Of a stretch of DNA of 64,000 nucleotides, positions 61,189-64,000 are shown in pieces. The DNA is taken from the NCBI GenBank assembly GCA_964016885.1, contig OZ024745.1, forward strand, positions 23,746,001 to 23,810,000. Direction: 5' to 3'. The notes beneath the pieces are model-generated. The model was not told the DNA's origin. It worked only from the letters and a program-made list of their open reading frames with translations, and did no database searches. Source of the DNA: Eledone cirrhosa. Taxonomy: Eukaryota. Each line of letters opens with the position of its first letter. The stretch's first letter is position 1. The position numbers and the translations under genes are program-made.

Positions 61189-61578
<390 letters not shown>

Positions 61579-61692
61579 ATATATATATATATATATCCGC
61601 ACTCTCGAGATCATTATATATGTATATGTATATGCATATATAATGATCTTGAGAGTGCGCAGAGGAATATATATATATATATATATATATGT

Positions 61693-62022
61693 GTGGGCAT
61701 GGCGGAGGGCCGATTTAAGGAACGTTTCCTGAACCACCAATCTACCTTCAGGTACCCGGACAGACGTTCATCCACGAAACTCGCGAGCCACGTATGGTCC
61801 CTCAAGGACTCAAGTATAGACTACTCCATTCAATGGAAAGCCATCACTAAGTCCAAGCCATACGGAAGGGGAAATCCGACGTGTGGCTTATGTATTGACG
61901 AACGAATAACTATTCTAAAGAGATTACGCAATAGTGATTGCCTAAACACGAAAAATGAATTTTTCACACGTTGTCCACACGTCGCCAAACACCTATTGCA
62001 TAACCACAAGGCTCCGGACTGA
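61693..62022 (+). pseudogene. PLE (Naiad-type) GIY-YIG endonuclease C-terminal fragment
   Basis: GMAEGRFKERFLNHQSTF...STKLASHVWSLK...IQWK...PY...CGLCIDE...LNTKNEF..RCPH; followed by HHR-like motif at 62186-62221 and (TA)n. Confidence 0.88.
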
Positions 62023-62456
62023 TTCTTTGTCATTTTATTTTCAACCTAAAAACTTTTTGGACTTTCGCAGTTATCTCCCTTACACCTCTCGCACGTAGTC
62101 TAGTATTGCCTGTGTGAAGTGACTGGTTTCTGCGCATGCGCGTTCGTACGGTTGTCCTTCCTGTTCCTATAACCATGCCCATTCCGAGCTGAGGATCCGC
62201 TAAGGTGAAACAATTGATCTCAGTATGGTGAACTAACTGTTGTGTAACCACTTCTACTTAACTCGTCCCATGGACTGAGTGCTCTACCACTACGGATATT
62301 ACCGTCCAGTATTCCACCACTATATACATATATATATATACATATATGATGTGTGTGTAGTGAATTTCATTTTTTTTTTAAACATCCAAAGTTGACAGAG
62401 AACGAGGGACGAGTTGTAATATTAAAAATTAGGTTAATTCTCAACAATTTCATCTG

Positions 62457-62509
62457 TCGAATACGAATGTTTCGTTGTGGAATTATTTCCAGAGCTCGTC
62501 AGTCAGACT
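62457..62509 (-). ncRNA. Hammerhead-like motif
   Basis: CUGACGA-GCUC-UGGAA-auaa-UUCCA-CAAC-GAAACAUUCGUA; stem I imperfect. Confidence 0.5.
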
Positions 62510-62794
62510 CGCCTTAGTTTCACACGTTTGGGATCAGACGTAACTAGGAGAGCTAGACACATTTCCTTTTCACAAGCTCAACATCAGACAGGCGTAACTA
62601 GGAGAGCTACAGCTCACCACTCAGTCCAAACTTGTAACTTTAGTCACTGACTTTCAGCTTATAGGACACAAGGTGTTTTTTTTTAAAGATATTTTGTAGG
62701 GGGAAATGCGTCTAATACGCCAGGAAACACTATAATTAATATCTAATGAATTAGGGTATTATTAGGTATCATTTCATCGTTAATGGTTTCTGAT

Positions 62795-62985
62795 TTAGAC
62801 ACAAGGCCAACAGCTTCGGGTGGGGGGAGTTGATTAAATCTACCCCAGTGCATTTCTGGTATTTTATTTTATCGACCCCGTAAGGATGAAAGGCAAAGTT
62901 GAAACCGGCGTGATTTGAAGGGCTGTAACTCTATGCCACAAAGCATGTTGCCCGATGATCTACCGAACCTGCAAATCCAACGCCC
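62795..62985 (-). mobile_element. Octopus-type SINE (diverged)
   Basis: tttatcgaccccgtaaggatgaaaggcaaagtt core. Confidence 0.75.
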
Positions 62986-64000
62986 CTCTCATTTCATTAA
63001 TAATATATTGAGTTATTTTCTGAGCTATACCTTCTACGATTACTGTTCCAGAATTACAATACAAAGAAGAAGAAGAAGAAGAAGAAGAAGAAGAAAAGAA
63101 AAATGTTATTTAAAGTCACCTCCCACCTCTTCTGTTTAAAATTCCCGAACGAATGTTGTATAGGGAAGAAGCACTCATCCAGAAAATAACTGTTAAATCA
63201 TTGTAAATATCATCATCATCACCATCATCATCGTCATCATCGTTGTCGTCGTTTTCACCACCACAACCAACAACAACGCCACCAGCATCACCACCACCAC
63301 CACCACCACCACCACCACCAACAACAACAACAAAAACAACTACAACAACACTAACAACACCACCAACAACATCATCAGCAACACTACCGCCGTCGTCTCT
63401 ATCAATATTAGCCTTATTCTCGTAAACAAATAGAGCAATATCGACAACAACTGCAACAACAACAGGGACCACAAAACTAACAACAACAAGAACAGGGACC
63501 ACAAAACCAAAAACAACAACAACCACAATAATAACAACAGGGACCACAAAACCAACAACAACAGCAACAACAGCAACAACAACAACAACAAGAGGCTCCA
63601 CAAAACCACCAACAACAAGAACAGGCCCCACAAAACCAACACCAACAACACCACCACCACCACCACCACCAACAAGAACAACAACAACAACGGGCCTCAC
63701 GAAACCAACGGTAGCAAAGATAGAATATATGTAAGATATTTTAATAAAATATAAACAACAATTACAATAGGATCTATGACGAAAAAAAACGAAGGATTTC
63801 CGTCGGTTTCGACGATGTGTGATCTACGAGTGTCGGCTGAAACGTTCATAGGCTAACTATGAAGGAGTGATGTTAAAGCTGTGAAATCTTGCATGCATTA
63901 ATTTCAACTCAACTTTTTGATAAATGCATCGTTTCTTTCCAGAGACTATGTTGAAAAATAAACCTCATTCGGTCATTCCATGAGAGTATCTTGGTCAGAC

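Overview
Repeat-saturated eukaryotic DNA, very probably from a coleoid cephalopod such as Octopus (inferred from the SINE type and microsatellite load). I cannot confidently identify any host gene; there are only a few candidate exons. The long ORFs in the track are almost all microsatellite artefacts. The real coding sequence is transposon-derived: a near-intact Tx1-clade LINE (38.1-43.8 kb) in a (TATC)n tract, and fragments of RTE, CRE-like, HERO/NeSL-like and Penelope-like elements (GIY-YIG and YRDD RT). tRNA-derived SINEs and a mariner-type MITE are also present. The main hidden signal is about 30 type-I hammerhead ribozyme (HHR) motifs, read by eye, from roughly ten short Penelope-derived families. 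These modules sit in (TA)n tracts as fold-back inverted repeats or head-to-tail retrozyme-like tandems. They show recurrent core variants (U3:A8 compensatory pair, U4C, long stem II inserts), and some have ETS/NRF1/YY1-type motifs upstream. All folds were made by hand and repeat boundaries are approximate.
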